A program made the translations under genes and the position numbers. From Enoplolaimus lenunculus (Eukaryota), in NCBI GenBank assembly GCA_030248215.1, contig JASANG010002537.1, positions 558,001-608,990 on the forward strand: a DNA stretch of 50,990 bases. Reading direction: 5' to 3'. Below the pieces are notes generated by a model that had not been told where the DNA came from, did not search any database, and was given only the letters and a program-made list of their open reading frames with translations. Below are positions 27,229 to 41,390 of the stretch, piece after piece. Position 1 is the stretch's first letter. Each line of letters starts with the position of its first letter.

Positions 27229-27508
27229 TAAAGCCCTATTCACACGTGCAAGTTTTTTCAGCGAGAACTTGCAGCTGCAACTTATACTTGCAAGTTTTGT
27301 CCAAAATCACGTTCGTAAAACTTGCAGCTGCAAATAATTCAATAAAAATCATAGCTAGGAATTAAGTTCACATGTGTGAATAACCGTGCAAGTTCACTTA
27401 ACTTATTGCAGCCGCTTTTTCATTGGCTGATGAAAAAATGCAAATGTTGCGTGCAATTTGCAGCTACAAGTTCTCGCAACAAAACTTGCACGTGTGAATA
27501 GGGCTTTA
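27229..27508. mobile_element. Harbinger-type MITE
   Basis: Perfect termini taaagccctattcacacgtgcaagtttt ... aaaacttgcacgtgtgaatagggcttta with TAA/TTA ends. Confidence 0.75.
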
Positions 27509-27555
27509 TCTATCAGAACTGAGCTTAACTTAAAATTTTACTGTATAATCGAAAT

Positions 27556-27875
27556 TTGGGTTAAATCCACCCAAAACTGGTCAGTCACTTCTTTCTAACT
27601 ATTCTTACCCATTGTAATCTTTCATACGAGTTTTGTCCCATATTCTTCAATTTATATATATGTCGTAGGCCAATCTGTTATTCAGACCAATTACCAATTG
27701 ACCGAGGCCAATATGCTATTTTATGTAATAGCAGTTTGGCCTGGGCTAAACTGCTATTGAACTTATAGACCAATCAGATTTGATTACTTTGACACACAAC
27801 ACAGTTAGCGATTTGTACGTTGGCTTAGGCCAATCGGTAATTGGCTTGAAATGCAGACTGGCCTAAGACATATAT
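27556..27875. mobile_element. Palindromic MITE (ATATGTCGTAGGCCAATCTG termini) plus shared flank
   Basis: Inverted termini at 27655 and 27875; an inverted homolog at 34058-34440 also shares the ~100-bp flank. Confidence 0.6.
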
Positions 27876-29559
27876 CTGCGATATTCCAGCTGCTTGTTTA
27901 CTTCTCATCTCAATTTTAATATTTTTATTCTTCTTACAATAATTTTACATTTGCTCGTACACAACATCCCACTGACAACAGCCTCAAATATATCTGGGAT
28001 AGAAAAACATTTAACACAACAGCATCTTCTTTATAAAACACCTTCGTCGTAAAAATAAAGAAATACATACGTATATACAAATACGCATAAATACACACGA
28101 CTCCACATATTCTGGATAATCAATGGCGGATCCAACGAGGGAACGTCTCGGCTTAGCCCCCCCCCAACACGAACCAAAATCAAGCATTTCGCTTTATGTT
28201 TCGTACAAAAATCGCATGCGGCTTCTCAATCGCGAGTTTTTTTCTCAACAACTACGTATTACATCGTACGTCCCCCTTTTAGAATTTTTTTAATTGTGGA
28301 TAATCAATTTACACGGACAACCAACAAACATTTTCACATTCATCTTCAAACATTGACAGACAAAAATATAACAAAAACGCCGCTGGGGTTTTTACAGTAA
28401 CGTTTCTCAATCTATGGTGCAGTCACGGGCTCATCATCAGCCAGGATTTCAGTTCGACAATGTGTATACTGACACGTACCAAAAAAATTACTGATCTCTA
28501 CGACCCAGACTGCTACTCTAAAACCGGTAAAAGTGTTTTGCCTGCCTCCGACAATTATGGGATCACATATATCGACTGTATAGCTCCCCTTGGATACGGT
28601 GCCGATTACGATGTTTTTAAATCAGAAAAAATAAAAAATCTACACATATAATGACCGTTCTGTATATATAATCGCAAACAAAAACACTTCGTTTATCCTA
28701 TCTCTCTGTCTAATGACGCAAAAAAACAGGGGAAACACACACAAAGACGTTTAAAATCTGCTCAAATATCTAATACCAATTACACGAAGAAAACAGCAAA
28801 AAACATACAAAAACAACATATATAAATGCTGTCAAGGACGATACTCACTGTTTTTTACAACACTGTCCAAATCCATTATGTATGACGACGACGACTATAA
28901 TTACAAGCTGTGTTGTTGATGTTTTTATGTAAGAACTTGTTTTGAGCGACGTTCTTAATGATATCACGACAATTCGTCGTCACCCGACAACTTGTAAATG
29001 CGATTATTTCATCAACTTACAATTCTTCGCCAATCATTATTATGCTTAGGCTTAAGATTACGCTTAGATTTATTCATATGCTTGAAAACCCTGTTCGACG
29101 CCAAGTTGTTGAGCGACTAATTGTCACAGATTCGTACTTAATATTAATAACAGTTGTTGGAATGGCATACATTTAAACAAGTGGGTGCACCAACCGAGTG
29201 TAAACAAATCTGCCAACAATTAATATCGTTATTTTTTAATGAAAATTTGATGACCAAAACGCCTTTCCAAAATTAGGGACGTAGGCAGCTTGACGGCCAA
29301 GTAAGCCATCATGGCAAGCTTTTGTACCGTTTCTTTCCTACATTTCCGCTTTGGTTTTTCAGGAAAAGGTTTACCAACGCATAAGTTACTAGCTAAGTCT
29401 TTATCTGACCCTAAGCACTAACTAACCTTACATGTGAGGAAAAGTGTACAAATACAAGACTGCCATACCTCCCTACAAGGACTGATAAACGTACTTATGT
29501 TAATAACTAAACGCTAACCAAAACAAATAACTTGAAAATCACACACTCACAAACGGTAT

Positions 29560-29742
29560 TACGACAATTCGTCGTCCGACCATTTGAAATCCAAAATTTT
29601 ACACACTTGACAATTTGTCGCCCATCATTCAATTTCGGCTTACGCTTAGGCTTAGGATTCTGCTAAGAATTATGCTCACATTTATTCACAGGCTTTAGGC
29701 CACTGCTGGGCGACAAGTTGTCGGGTGACGAATTGTCGTAAA
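29560..29742. mobile_element. MITE with CGACAATTCGTC termini and TTAGGC-rich core
   Basis: acgacaattcgtc ... gacgaattgtcgt; relatives near 3404, 28966, 32135, 33230 and 39460. Confidence 0.6.
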
Positions 29743-32700
29743 TTCGGTGTTAACAAAAGTAAAGTCCTGGTTACTTACACCCAGACACAATATTGTTTTA
29801 TAGTGATAATGTACTAAAGATCACCCTACACTGAAATGCAATCAAATATCTATTAAAATAAAACAACAAAAACTGTAACCTGCAATTTTCAAAAATTAGT
29901 AACATCACCTTCCTAGATAGATATAACAAAAGTAGGATCGTGTATCAGAGATGAAAAGGAAAAGAACAGCTTTTGCACACTTCCTCACAGATAAGGCTTA
30001 GGCGTCGCGTATGTTTCGCTTTAACTGTAGCATACGCATACGGCACGGTTTGCGCGTAGGTTTAAACTTAGCTACTAAACCTTTTCCTAATCCTAAGCCT
30101 ACGCAAACACTGTAGGAAACTCAAAATACTTTAATTGCTTGGCCTCAAACAACGTTGATTCATAATCTAACATAACATACGCCAGTGTTAAATACCTTTT
30201 CCTCAAATTATTTCATGCATGAAGAACGTTCCATCATCCAATTACTGAAACTCAATAGCCTACTTCTACCGCCACTGACGGATCCAAGAGGGGACCCCTG
30301 TAGGCCTACGCCTTCAACAGGAATCAAAACCAGAATTTTGTGCTACGATATATTACTGTTTGGCGTAGTGCTGGTGAGTTTTTAACACTATTTCATATTA
30401 TATACCGTATGCGAGACTTCCCATATCATAAATTGTGAATCAACTACGACTGATCACAGCCAGTCAACCACCAACTAACCTATTCCGTGAATTCTATCCA
30501 ATTCACTGACAGGCACAACAAACAAAACCTGCGTAAAACATCGCATCAGGTCAGCGACAATATAGCAACTTTTGTGTCACAATATTTAACTTTACACATT
30601 CGAATGTAAGCGCCGTAACCAATGGAGGCCGGGGTGGGGCTCAGCCCCCCTCGAAAATTTTTGTGTCCCACAACCGAAAATTTTTAGCTCACCTAGAAAA
30701 TTTTCAACCTTGCTTGTAAATGAACAATAACCCTCGTATGCCCCTCCTGAAAATTTTTGAACATACCTAGCAAGGTGAGCTAGCTACGAGCGTGCTAGTG
30801 TACGCGATTTAGCCACAGCGCGTAACCACTATTGCTGTTGTATTTATATATGCGCACAACAGTATAAAATACGCATACTAATCATTCGTGCTTGCGGTGC
30901 TGTACATGCTCAAGTTTTCAATACACGGAAAACAAAAACTACAGTTAAGCTGAAAATGCACACGTACCAGTATAAGTAATACTTTTGCCATCCCCACAAC
31001 GAAAGTAATCAAAACACTCACTGTTTAAACATACAATGGAAAACTTATATTTACAAAGCCAAACACGCAAAATTTTAGTATATATTGCGACCGATATAAC
31101 ACTGCTTGCTGACAATCGGCCCAAGGAACACGTTTACTGAGCCGCGGGTTTTGTATACTTTCTCCAACAACCAGAGGCATATCCATAAATTCAATTCGTA
31201 AGTATACAGTTCATGTACAGCAAATTTTAGATATTGGCACTTTTGAAGCTCCACACACAGTGGGAAAATTTCCACAGGAAATATTTTTAGTGTCGCCTGT
31301 TCGAAAAAATGTGTAATTTTTGGCCATTTTTATGAGTATGACAACACCAAAAACTATGAATTAGCATCGTTACCGAACCGGCATCCGTCCAGTAACTTTA
31401 TGTTTCCGCCATCTGCGCCTGGCCGAATCGCTGGCACGCGTTTAACTTGCCAATCAGATAACAGTATCGGCTCCAACCAATTAAATATATTTGATATGGC
31501 AACAATAAATAATACACACAAGCCTGGAAACTGCAGCTTGATCGGAGAACGAACTCCAAGGTCACATTATTAACCTATTATTAAAGTGCTAGTTTCTTGC
31601 CTCTCCTCAAGTTTCACAACGGGATACATCTCCTCTATTCCTTCACAATGTATACGCTTATGGTGACTTGCTATTTTGAGATTGAAGCATAGATACCGCG
31701 CCACATTGTACCTCACAATTCAGCGAATCTGCATTGCTTTTGCTTAGCTATATAGTAAGCAATGATTCAACAAAATGTTATTGCCTACACCTCCTGGCAC
31801 GCAAACAAAATTTCGACACTGTCGTTTCACGCTAATAGCTTTAGTTTTATCTTAATAGGTAATATCGATAGTTTTTCAACAAAGATTACATAATACATAT
31901 TATACACCTCTTGTACTATATGGCTTACATTTACTTACCAGCAACATATATACGCTTAGACTTAAGTGTAAAATAATCAATAACCTATAATACCTAAACC
32001 TTTATCCAAGCTTTAATTTTAAACGTTTAAGGAAAGCGTACAAGTCCATATTATTGTTAAATACGTTAAGTAATACTGAATAGCTAGGATTTTGGAAATA
32101 GGGATACGTTGCGTAATAATTTTAAAACTAAAACAATTCGGCGCCCAATATCTAGTCGACCGACAACTCGTATCTCTGCCATACATCTGGTGGATCCAGA
32201 CCATGTAGCCCTGAGCCGGGCGACAGACAATTTGGTCTCCGAATTGTCGCGCGTTTACTGGTGGCAAGTGACCACTCGAAGAGTTTTCGGGCAACGAATT
32301 TTCATGATAACAAAATTCCGACTGAAAAACTATTCAAAGAGCCATATATAAAGATCCTAACCCAACAGGTGGCGAGTTTTTACCCTGAACCTCCTTGTGG
32401 ATTCCGTTAAAAAATTTCTGAGAGGAAAAAATTGTAATGTGTAAGGAAGAATCGTACATTTTATCACAAAAAATATCTGACTGCGAATGCCTACAGTTTC
32501 TATTACTGGCGGCAGCCTTGAAAGTCAACATTGCAAAAAGCATTGCTCTCTCTCAATCAATCCAAATACAAAAATAACTGCATTTTCAAACACTGTTACA
32601 GTAGACTTTTGTACTTTAACAATATGAAACTAACCATATGGGTAGGCGTACGATATGTACGTAAAAACACATCAGTCACAATTCGAAAAACAATACAACA

Positions 32701-34057
32701 TCAGAAAAACAAAAAAACATTTCTAAAATATTTTAAACCTATAATAGATAACGTTGACCGGACGGGAATGCCGCCAGACAATTGGCCGCCGGACAAAATA
32801 CCGTCTGAACAGAAGACCGCCCGGATAAAATGCCGTCTGGACTAAACGACATAATGTACAGGATCGCCTACGGAAACCGAATGCAGGAACAGGAATTTAT
32901 TTTTAGATAACCGGACAAAAGGCCGTCTGAACAAAAGGCCGCCTGGACAAAAGGCCGACAGGACAAAAAAGGCTGTCCGGACAAAACACCGCCTGTCGTT
33001 GTTCGATAGTGAAAGTTAAAGGTGTAGACGAGGTTCAGAAAACTGGAAACGGGGAACATTCAACCCCCTATGTCGCACTGATTTCCGGTTTAAGACTCAT
33101 GTACGGTTTCGGTAACATTTCGCTTAGATCACAACGGCAGCAACAATCTAAATACTACGTGAAAATATTCTAGACTAATCTTGGGAATCTAGGCGCTTAA
33201 ATGTTTCCACTTTTCCCGTTTTCCAAACAACATTTCGTTGCCACGCTATCCCATCGTCCCAACAACTTATCTTTTTGTCTTCTCGGCAACCCAACCCACG
33301 TAACGTCTAAACCGGGTGACACATTTTCGCGCCGACAAGTAGTCGAGCGTACTTGTATGCGACGAACTGTCTGGGTAGACGAAATGTCAGGGTAGACGAA
33401 ATGTTTGATTATACGTTGTTGTACAACGAGTTGTCAGGCGACGAACTGTCGTGATACGTTCCTTATCTTACACCCACTTGCGCAATTAAGTTATCATAAA
33501 ACTAAGCCAATACAAATGCTAAAATTGTTACACTTACCAGCCAGCACAATGCTACCGCTGAATAGAATTACGCTTTCGTTCGCAACCTACATCGAGCTAT
33601 ATAACTAGCTGGCCTAGCCTTTACTACAATATCTGGGGCACGGACTCATCGTGCACAACAATAGCATGAACAGAAGCCAAGCGACCAAAGAACCAAACCA
33701 CCGCAACGAACAACATATATATACGAGCATAAATATAAAACATGTACATATATCAGATAAAATATATATTGCGTATAATACCTATAAAACCTTTGAACAC
33801 ACAACCACAAAAGACTTCGCGGTTGCTCGAACCGAGCTGTCCAGGCAAGCAAATACCAGATATCACGCGACAACGCTCTACAAAATATTGTCATTACCAT
33901 ACACTGAAAGACACGGAAATTACATATATGCATTGCGACCAGAATATTGTATGCTAACGACATATTATGTTGTTATCGATGTGTCGCATACTTTCACTTT
34001 GGTTGGATGTCCAAAAATACGTTCATAGATTTTTCAAGTTGAAAATAATATATATTT

Positions 34058-34440
34058 AAATGTCCGTAGGTCAATCTGCTATTCAGGCCAATTACCTACT
34101 GGCCTAGGCCAATTACCTACTGGCCTAGGCCAATTACCTACTGGCCTAGGCCAATCTGTTATTAGAAGCAAATAGCAGTTTGGTATAGGCCAATTTGCGA
34201 TTGTGAGATTTCGCAAAACAACAGTGGTGTAATTCGAACGTGGGTTGGATACCGGTCGAAACTGTTATTACTCAAAATAGCAGAATGGCCTAGGCCAATT
34301 AGTAATTGGCCTGAATAGCAGATTGGCCTACGACATATATGTATAAATTAAAGAATATGAGATAAAACTTGTATGAAAGAAAACAATGGATAAGAATTGT
34401 TCGAAATCGGCCTACCAGTTTTGAGTGGATCTAACCCAAC
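34058..34440. mobile_element. Second copy of the TAGGCCAAT MITE with an internal 21-bp x3 expansion
   Basis: Inverted homolog of 27556-27875; ggcctaggccaattacctact repeated. Confidence 0.6.
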
Positions 34441-35837
34441 CGTGTTGACGAGATGACAGTGCAACCAGCCCGTGTCGGTGTGACATAAATTCGGGGTGAA
34501 CAATACAAGAGACCACCACCACTGAATGGGAACCGGAATAAACGTAAAACTATAAGGTTCGCTCGCTGCAATTACATACGCAAATATAAGCCATCGCTAT
34601 TGTACTATGCCAGTACACGATTCATTCACATTACATACTTAATAATATATTGCAATTGCAAATACCAAAGCATTTTTTCGATGCGTATGTTAGTGTTTCC
34701 GCAAAAACGCCCAAAAACCTGCAGCCACATTCAAGGCTATTTAATGATTTTTCTTCACATTATCCAACCACAAATTAAATAACCATTCCATATACTGCAT
34801 AGATTTGAAACTTGTTTACCCAGCAAACAGAAAATTGTTCACCGTTCCCATCATTTATAAAAATTTTCACACGCGCAGATGCAGCTACGGGTACGTATCG
34901 ATAAAGCATCGCCGCGAGTTTTATCCCACCTTCACGGTGGCCGAAAAGTTTAACCACATTAGACCAATTGTGTGTCGGAAAAATTTCGTACCCCCTCAAA
35001 AAATCTCCTTCATCCCGCCAGGTGGCCGAAAAATTAATCCACATAGAAGCATTCTATGTTCGCCCCCTCTATATATAAATCTCCCTAATCATCACTCTAG
35101 CAACAATTCCTAATTCTAGTCCTGCCTGGAAGTACGTATTGCAGCATACAACACAATACGAGCAAAACTTCTGTAACCGATTTTAGGGATTCAACACATT
35201 ATTTTCAGACATATACGCATACGTACAACAGATAAAGATTTTGATAAATTTGTTACTAAAAAGCACACATATATCAAAACTTCTACAGCCGACAGCTACA
35301 CACCCGTTAAACTAGTCAGCCACCGTCACAGCGATTATGAGAAGCCGAATCGAGAAAAGCTATTATTAATCCACCACATAACATACATATCTACACAATC
35401 GCAGTGCCCATTATAACGCGTAGATATGAATGTGCATACATATATACATACACCCATGCGTCTGGGATAGCGGGTCATAGGCATATATATATGCTTTCGC
35501 TGCGTTCCAATTATAAGCGAGCCGTGTCTGGGCTACCAGGAAATAATATTTTCAAATTCGCTGACCCAAGATTAATGATCATCTTATGCTCATTATTAAC
35601 TCAGGTCAGCAGCAGCACAACTACTGCGAAGCAATTGTTCAAGATCAACGGCTGGCTGAGGGAAGTGGGTATATTATTAGCATTTTGAACACAGGTCACT
35701 CAATTTCAAATTTCAAGTGAGCACCGCACGCAGGGTCAACACTGATATACAGGTCAAACAGTGCATAGCGGAACCCTTCCTTACGCTTAAGCAACTTGGA
35801 CAATATTATTCGTAGCCAAAAAAACTTCAGTAGCCAG

Positions 35838-35992
35838 CAGTGCTGGAGCAGCCACCTCCGTTTGGGGCCCCCACCCTAACTGGTTGAAACAAAGGTCGCC
35901 TAAGTTTTAAAATGCGTCTGGCTTTGGCTTCTCGCGCTAACTTCGGTCGCGAGTTTGGTGGGAGACCCTACCCCTGCACTGCTCCGGCACTG
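35838..35992. mobile_element. Short GC-rich hAT-like MITE
   Basis: cagtgctggagcag ... ctgctccggcactg termini flanked by the 8-bp direct repeat gtagccag on both sides. Confidence 0.65.
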
Positions 35993-38071
35993 GTAGCCAG
36001 GATACTGAAGTCCAAGAAGCTTCAGTGTCCATCACACTATCCCACAAAACTTAGCTCGTGTTCGCATGATAGTGTTCAAGTTGCATTTAGCTTAGGACAT
36101 GTTAGTCTTAAGCCATAACCTTAAGTCTACGCCTTAGCATTAAATACTGACGGCTAAAGAATGCAAAAGCCAATATTTGTGTTCTAAAGAAGAAAAATAT
36201 AGAAAAATAGAACAGGGCTTACAAGCTTAGCGTACGTATCACAACTTCTGCAATTTTTGACGCTGTCACGTGTAAAATACCACTTACTTTTTGCTTTCTC
36301 TCCACTGTAAAGCTAAAATATACATACCGTAGTAGTTCCGCAGCCAACTCAACTTTACAGGGGAACAAGGTACCAGGGTTAAACTGTTTTCTAAAACAGC
36401 ATTCGACGATTTCACATTGCTCACCATACCAGCAGGGTAGGGTAAAATGTTATGTGACAACACAATACATTTTTAGACGGCTCAACCCCTTTCCTGGCTA
36501 TAGACCCGAACTACGCTGCAAAGCCCTCCAATACAAAACGCAGCCAGCCAGCGCAATGTAAACACGTTTGTATTAGCTCGTTGTTGCAGTTTCAGTTACA
36601 CCACATTCCATTTGAATTTTTGAAATACGTGTATATATATGAATCGCAAAATATTTAAAATAAATCGCATATCCTGCAATAAAAACACTGGATAAACATC
36701 TATTTTTAAAAACAGCACTCAACAGCTGCACAAGAAACATTGTGTTTTCGGCTAAAAATTACTTCCGTAAACCTCAATTTCTTCTACGGAAAATGTAAAA
36801 AGCACATGCACTGAAATCACCAGTCAAACTTTTAGAAACGCTCGAAACAGTCACTTTTACAGGCTGTAGAATGACCTGGCCAAAGCCAAAAATTGTACTC
36901 ACACGCTAGTGGTTGCCGCATCCCTAAATAAAATACTGGATCCGTCCCTACCGAACAGTAAAAAAATTTGAACATTGTTGGTTCGGCTTTTTTACAACCG
37001 AATTCGAATCTGAAATTTTTTGCTAATCCGAACCGCACATTTTGGCCGAATCCCAATCAGAATCTTTGTTGCCACCATGCCAACTACAGATTAGGGACTG
37101 TCGGCAAAGTAAAAAACTGTGGCCAATGTAAAAATCAGAGGCGGAACATTTTTCGATGGGACTGTAACAGAGTCAGCTTAAGCTTTAGACTAACTTTTTG
37201 GCTTATGCTTAAGTTTAGGCTTACGTATAAGCTCATTGCTACACTTGGCCATATGCTTACAAATATGCTTATAAAACTGTTACGGCACTGTTCTATACAA
37301 TGGCCCGAAATCCAACGATAGACTTCATTTGACAACTGCTAATCGCAGTTAAAACTAGAACACTGTGAAACCAACAAAACACAAACTTTACTATTCGAAA
37401 ATAATAAAAATAATAATTTAACTTCGGCGGCGGCGCCATTCGATGGCGTCAAACATATACGTACGTACGTATATACCTTCACAATCTAGATGGCTCCGAA
37501 GGTACAGCGGCATTTGGCGTTTACAAACTTTACCCACGCGCTTAGAGTTTGGTTTTAGTTTAGAAAAGGTTTACACCTGTGATCGCAGCGTAAGACTAAG
37601 GATAAACTTTCGCCTAATAAGCTACGGCCTCATTAAATATGAGGAATATAGCACGCCATCCGTTTCATTGGCACCAAAACGAAAAAAAGCAGCCACACCA
37701 GGTTGCAAAATACAAAAAGGCATACCTATCATAGTACCAAGTATACACATTAGCCGTTTTCAACGGCGTTAAACTGCAACAACAACAAGAATAATAATAA
37801 TACCACCAACGGCAACTGGCTCCGCCCCAAAAACAATTTTGTGAAAACAAAAACAACAAAAAATAATTTCTCAGCCCAAAAATCTCGTGTTTATCACTTT
37901 TATTATTATTACACTGTATCAAACACAGACCAGCCCCTTTTATTTTGGTGGCGGTAGACACCAAATGCTGTTGTGTTTTGTACAAGAATCTACGAACGTC
38001 GTATACGTACATATATAATTAGTTGCGCATATCGCTGGCTTATTAATGATAAACGCACAAAAGTGCTATAC

Positions 38072-38200
38072 TAAGGGCTGCGCTATATTTAACGTCCGGC
38101 GCCGTCCGTCACCATTCGTCCCATACGTTATCTTACGTGAGTTATTTGTGTGCAATACCGTACGGCGACGGACTCCAACAAACGTATAGCGCAACCCAAA
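38072..38200. mobile_element. Harbinger-like MITE (family of 6691-6874)
   Basis: taagggctgcgctata ... tatagcgcaaccc with a shared internal sequence. Confidence 0.6.
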
Positions 38201-38398
38201 TAATGTAGGTTGATATACCAAAATTAACAAGGTTAGGGTCTTTCGGTTGTCCTCTCAGTCTGCGTTTGCCCAAAGATTTTTCGATTTTGAAAATTTTTTG
38301 CCGTATTTGAGCTTCTCTTGACCTCCCCTGACTGTTTCACACACAGTTTGAATTGTTATAAAAAGTCCCAAAGTCCACGTTGTACACAAATAACTTGA

Positions 38399-38455
38399 TT
38401 TGGCGCCGTTCCAATTCGCTGGCAGCGCGGCGCCAAACGCTTCCGGTTTATATAA
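38399..38455. promoter_or_regulatory. Candidate core promoter: inverted E2F-type sites, ETS site, TATA-like box
   Basis: TTTGGCGCCG (38399-38408) and CGGCGCCAAA (38428-38437), CCGGAAG and TATATAAA on the minus strand, all within 60 bp. Confidence 0.35.
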
Positions 38456-38684
38456 TATCCGACAAAGGACCAACATTCACTTCCAGCAAACAAATTCTCA
38501 ACTATTCAAATGACATCTCAGGGATGCAGTGATGCTTGATTAGTTCACTAAACATTAAACATGACCCGTAGCCACATAGGGAGAGGATGCGGTGGCTCAA
38601 CACCCCTAGAATTTTAAAAAATTGTTTCGTACGATTTGAAATTCGTACACCCACTGTGCAAATTCACCGATATATATACGTACT

Positions 38685-39060
38685 AGAAACGACACCCAAC
38701 CAATGAGAATCGCCAAATCCACTTATCAAGTAGAAGCAACACGCAACCAATGGGAATCGCCAAATCCACTTATCAAATAGAAATGACACGCAACCAATGG
38801 AAATCGCCAAATCCACTTATTAAATAGAAACGACACCCAACCAATGGGAATCACCAAATCCACTTATCAAATAGAAACGACACGCAACCAATGGAAATCG
38901 CCAAATCCACTTATCAAATAGAAATGACACGCAACCAATGGATATCGCCAAATCCTCTTATCAAATAGAAGCGACACGCAACCAATGGGAATCACCAAAT
39001 CCTCTTATCAAATAGAAGCGACACGCAACCAATGGGAATCGCCAAATCCACTTATTAAAT
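38685..39060. repeat. 47-bp minisatellite, 8 copies
   Basis: Unit agaaacgacacgcaaccaatgggaatcgccaaatccacttatcaaat starts at 38685, 38732, 38779 ... 39014. Confidence 0.9.
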
Positions 39061-39668
39061 ATGGCAAAAATATGCTATAAAGTTTATTTCCTGGTATTAA
39101 CTTGAATGTGAATACTACAAAAAACCCCAAAGCTAATCTGTTTATAACAACTGCAACCCGCAATACAGTGGTAAGTAAACCGGTCGCAGCCTACAAAATC
39201 GACAAAGATTAAGACGCAAAAATAACGACTAAAAATTCGTTCACTTTTTTTTCAACGAAACTTCATTTCGAAATTTATAAAACCTTTTCACAAACTCACA
39301 ACAGTTTTCTTCACCGATTGTAAATATATTTTAAAAAACTTGTTTCATCAATATTAACAGCATCCTGCGTATAAATTGCTCAAAGGCAAGCAAGAAACGC
39401 TGCAATATGCTGCGAAACACTACTATACAGGTTGCATTATAAAAAACTGGTATCCTGACAATCGATTCGTCGCCTAACAACGCGTCACCCGACAAAATAA
39501 TATTGTTGGGTGACTAGTTGTCGGACAACGAATTATTGTACATACATAAAAACCATTATTTTACGAACACCTGGCAAAACTGAGTTTCTGCACACGAAAA
39601 CTGTGTTCGGCTCTTGTCCACCGAACCGTTTTCGTTGTACTTTAAACAAATTTTAATATTTTGGCATA

Positions 39669-39808
39669 TAACGGTGGCGCTATACTTGTCGTGCGGCGCC
39701 GTCCGGTACAGTCCGTCACCATACGGTATCGTACGTTAGTAATTCACGTGCGACGCCGCACGATGACGTACGACGCCTGACGTCATCAAAGGTATTGCGC
39801 CACCGTTT
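39669..39808. mobile_element. Harbinger-like MITE (family of 6691-6874)
   Basis: aacggtggcgc ... gcgccaccgtt termini with a shared internal sequence. Confidence 0.6.
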
Positions 39809-40741
39809 GACTTACTTTGAAGGTATACATGTAATAAATCACTGTTTCATCTAAATATGACGAATTATCAAACCACTAGTTAATACCTGAACCATCGTTG
39901 TTTTTGACCACTGAACCAGGAACTTTAAAATAACATCAGAAAACATCTGCTTTGATATTTCATCCAGACCGTTGTTTTGTCATTTTAGTCGTTGCTTGCA
40001 AAGAAATTCAATAATACATACATATAGGTTTTTCTCTCTCCCGCAAGCTTGTGTACACAGCATATTTTGCTAGGGAGCGGGCCCAAAAAATTTACAGGAG
40101 GGGCATACGAGAATTTTTATTGACTGACAAGCAAAAGTGATCCTTTTCTAGGGGGATGGTGCAACTTTTCCACGACGGGGCTGAACCCCCTGGACCCCTT
40201 GGCTACGGGCTCGCTGTATCGGCTAAGAAAAACAATCGCAAATTGGCTTACGAGATAATAGATACGTATAATATTTCTGACAACCAACGACCAAATATCA
40301 AAACAAAGGCGTATACGTACATATAATTCTTGCATATACATTTGATTCGCTAGACAAGTTTCGTTTTTTGTTCAATCAGATCGATTTGCAATTATTGTCT
40401 TCCCTGGCTTATTTAATCAAGAAACGGTGTGTCAGGGTTGCAACTACGGCGTGCGGCGAAGAGGGGGCGACCCCCTGCGAAACTCTTCGCCCGTAGCCTA
40501 AAAAACTTTTCGACAGCGTTGAAATATTTCTGTGTTTACCCTGCCCCTTCACCTCAAAACGTTCTGGGCCCGCTCTGCTAACAATTCCTGGTTTCACTGG
40601 GACGGGGATATATTCGAAAAATGACTACTTAATTGAAACGAACTAGTTTCTGTGTTTTAAAAGAATGACGCGCTTGGAGAAAACGGCCGTCGTATAAACT
40701 ACAGTTGCACCCGACGGCGGAATATTTATCGGGCCTGTGGC

Positions 40742-41126
40742 CAGGGTGCAACCGGAATTCCGGTTCCGGTTCCGGCATTTTTTCACCTTTCGGTTCCGGT
40801 TCCGGTAAATTTTTACCGGATTTAAAAATTCCGGTATTATAATTTGGCCGTTTCCTTAACTTTGCTAATTTTTAAGAATCTCTTTTGAAAGCCAATTGTA
40901 CTCCAAATATAAGCCATTGCTGGTGGATTTCACTTCAGTCGATGATGAAAATCTAAAATACAACAAATAAAATAAATACCTATGTTCGACTAAGGTTATT
41001 TCACAAATAATAGAGCAAAAAATACGATTAAAATGAAATTTTTGGTGAAATGCGTTTTTCACTTTCCGGTTCCGGTAAAATTTTCAAATTCCGGTTCCGG
41101 TAAATTGTAATTCCGGTTGCACCCTG
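40742..41126. mobile_element. hAT MITE, 385 bp, perfect 8-bp TSD
   Basis: TIR CAGGGTGCAACCGGAATT at both ends; TSD cctgtggc at 40734-40741 and 41127-41134. Confidence 0.9.
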
Positions 41127-41390
41127 CCTGTGGCTGGAACCTTGGCCTAGGCACCGGGGCCCGGTTCGGATATTTATCGGGCCTGTGGCTGGAACCTTGG
41201 CCTTGGCACCGGGGCCCGGTTCGGATATTTATCGGGCCTGTGGCTGGAACCTTGGCCTAGGCACCGGGGCCCGGTTCGGATATTTATCGGGCCTGTGGCT
41301 GGAACCTTGGCCTAGGCACCGGGGCCCGGTTCGGATATTTATCGGGCCTGTGGCTGGAACCTTGGCCTTGGCACTGGGGCCCAGTTCGGA
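41127..41390. repeat. 55-bp GC-rich tandem repeat, ~5 copies; first unit (from 40718) is split by the MITE
   Basis: Unit cggatatttatcgggcctgtggctggaaccttggcctaggcaccggggcccggtt at 41167, 41222, 41277, 41332. Confidence 0.85.

Noticed and set aside
28380..28445. Hammerhead or C/D snoRNA (CUGAUGAUGA on the minus strand)
   Set aside because: No stem II between CUGAUGA and GAAA, and no D box CUGA with a terminal stem at a suitable distance.
28460..28651. 63-aa plus-strand ORF with protein-like composition
   Set aside because: No recognisable motif, splice context or homology; most other short ORFs between 13 and 45 kb fall in repeats and were ignored for the same reason.
38685..39060. CRISPR-like array
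   Set aside because: Pure tandem repeat without spacers.
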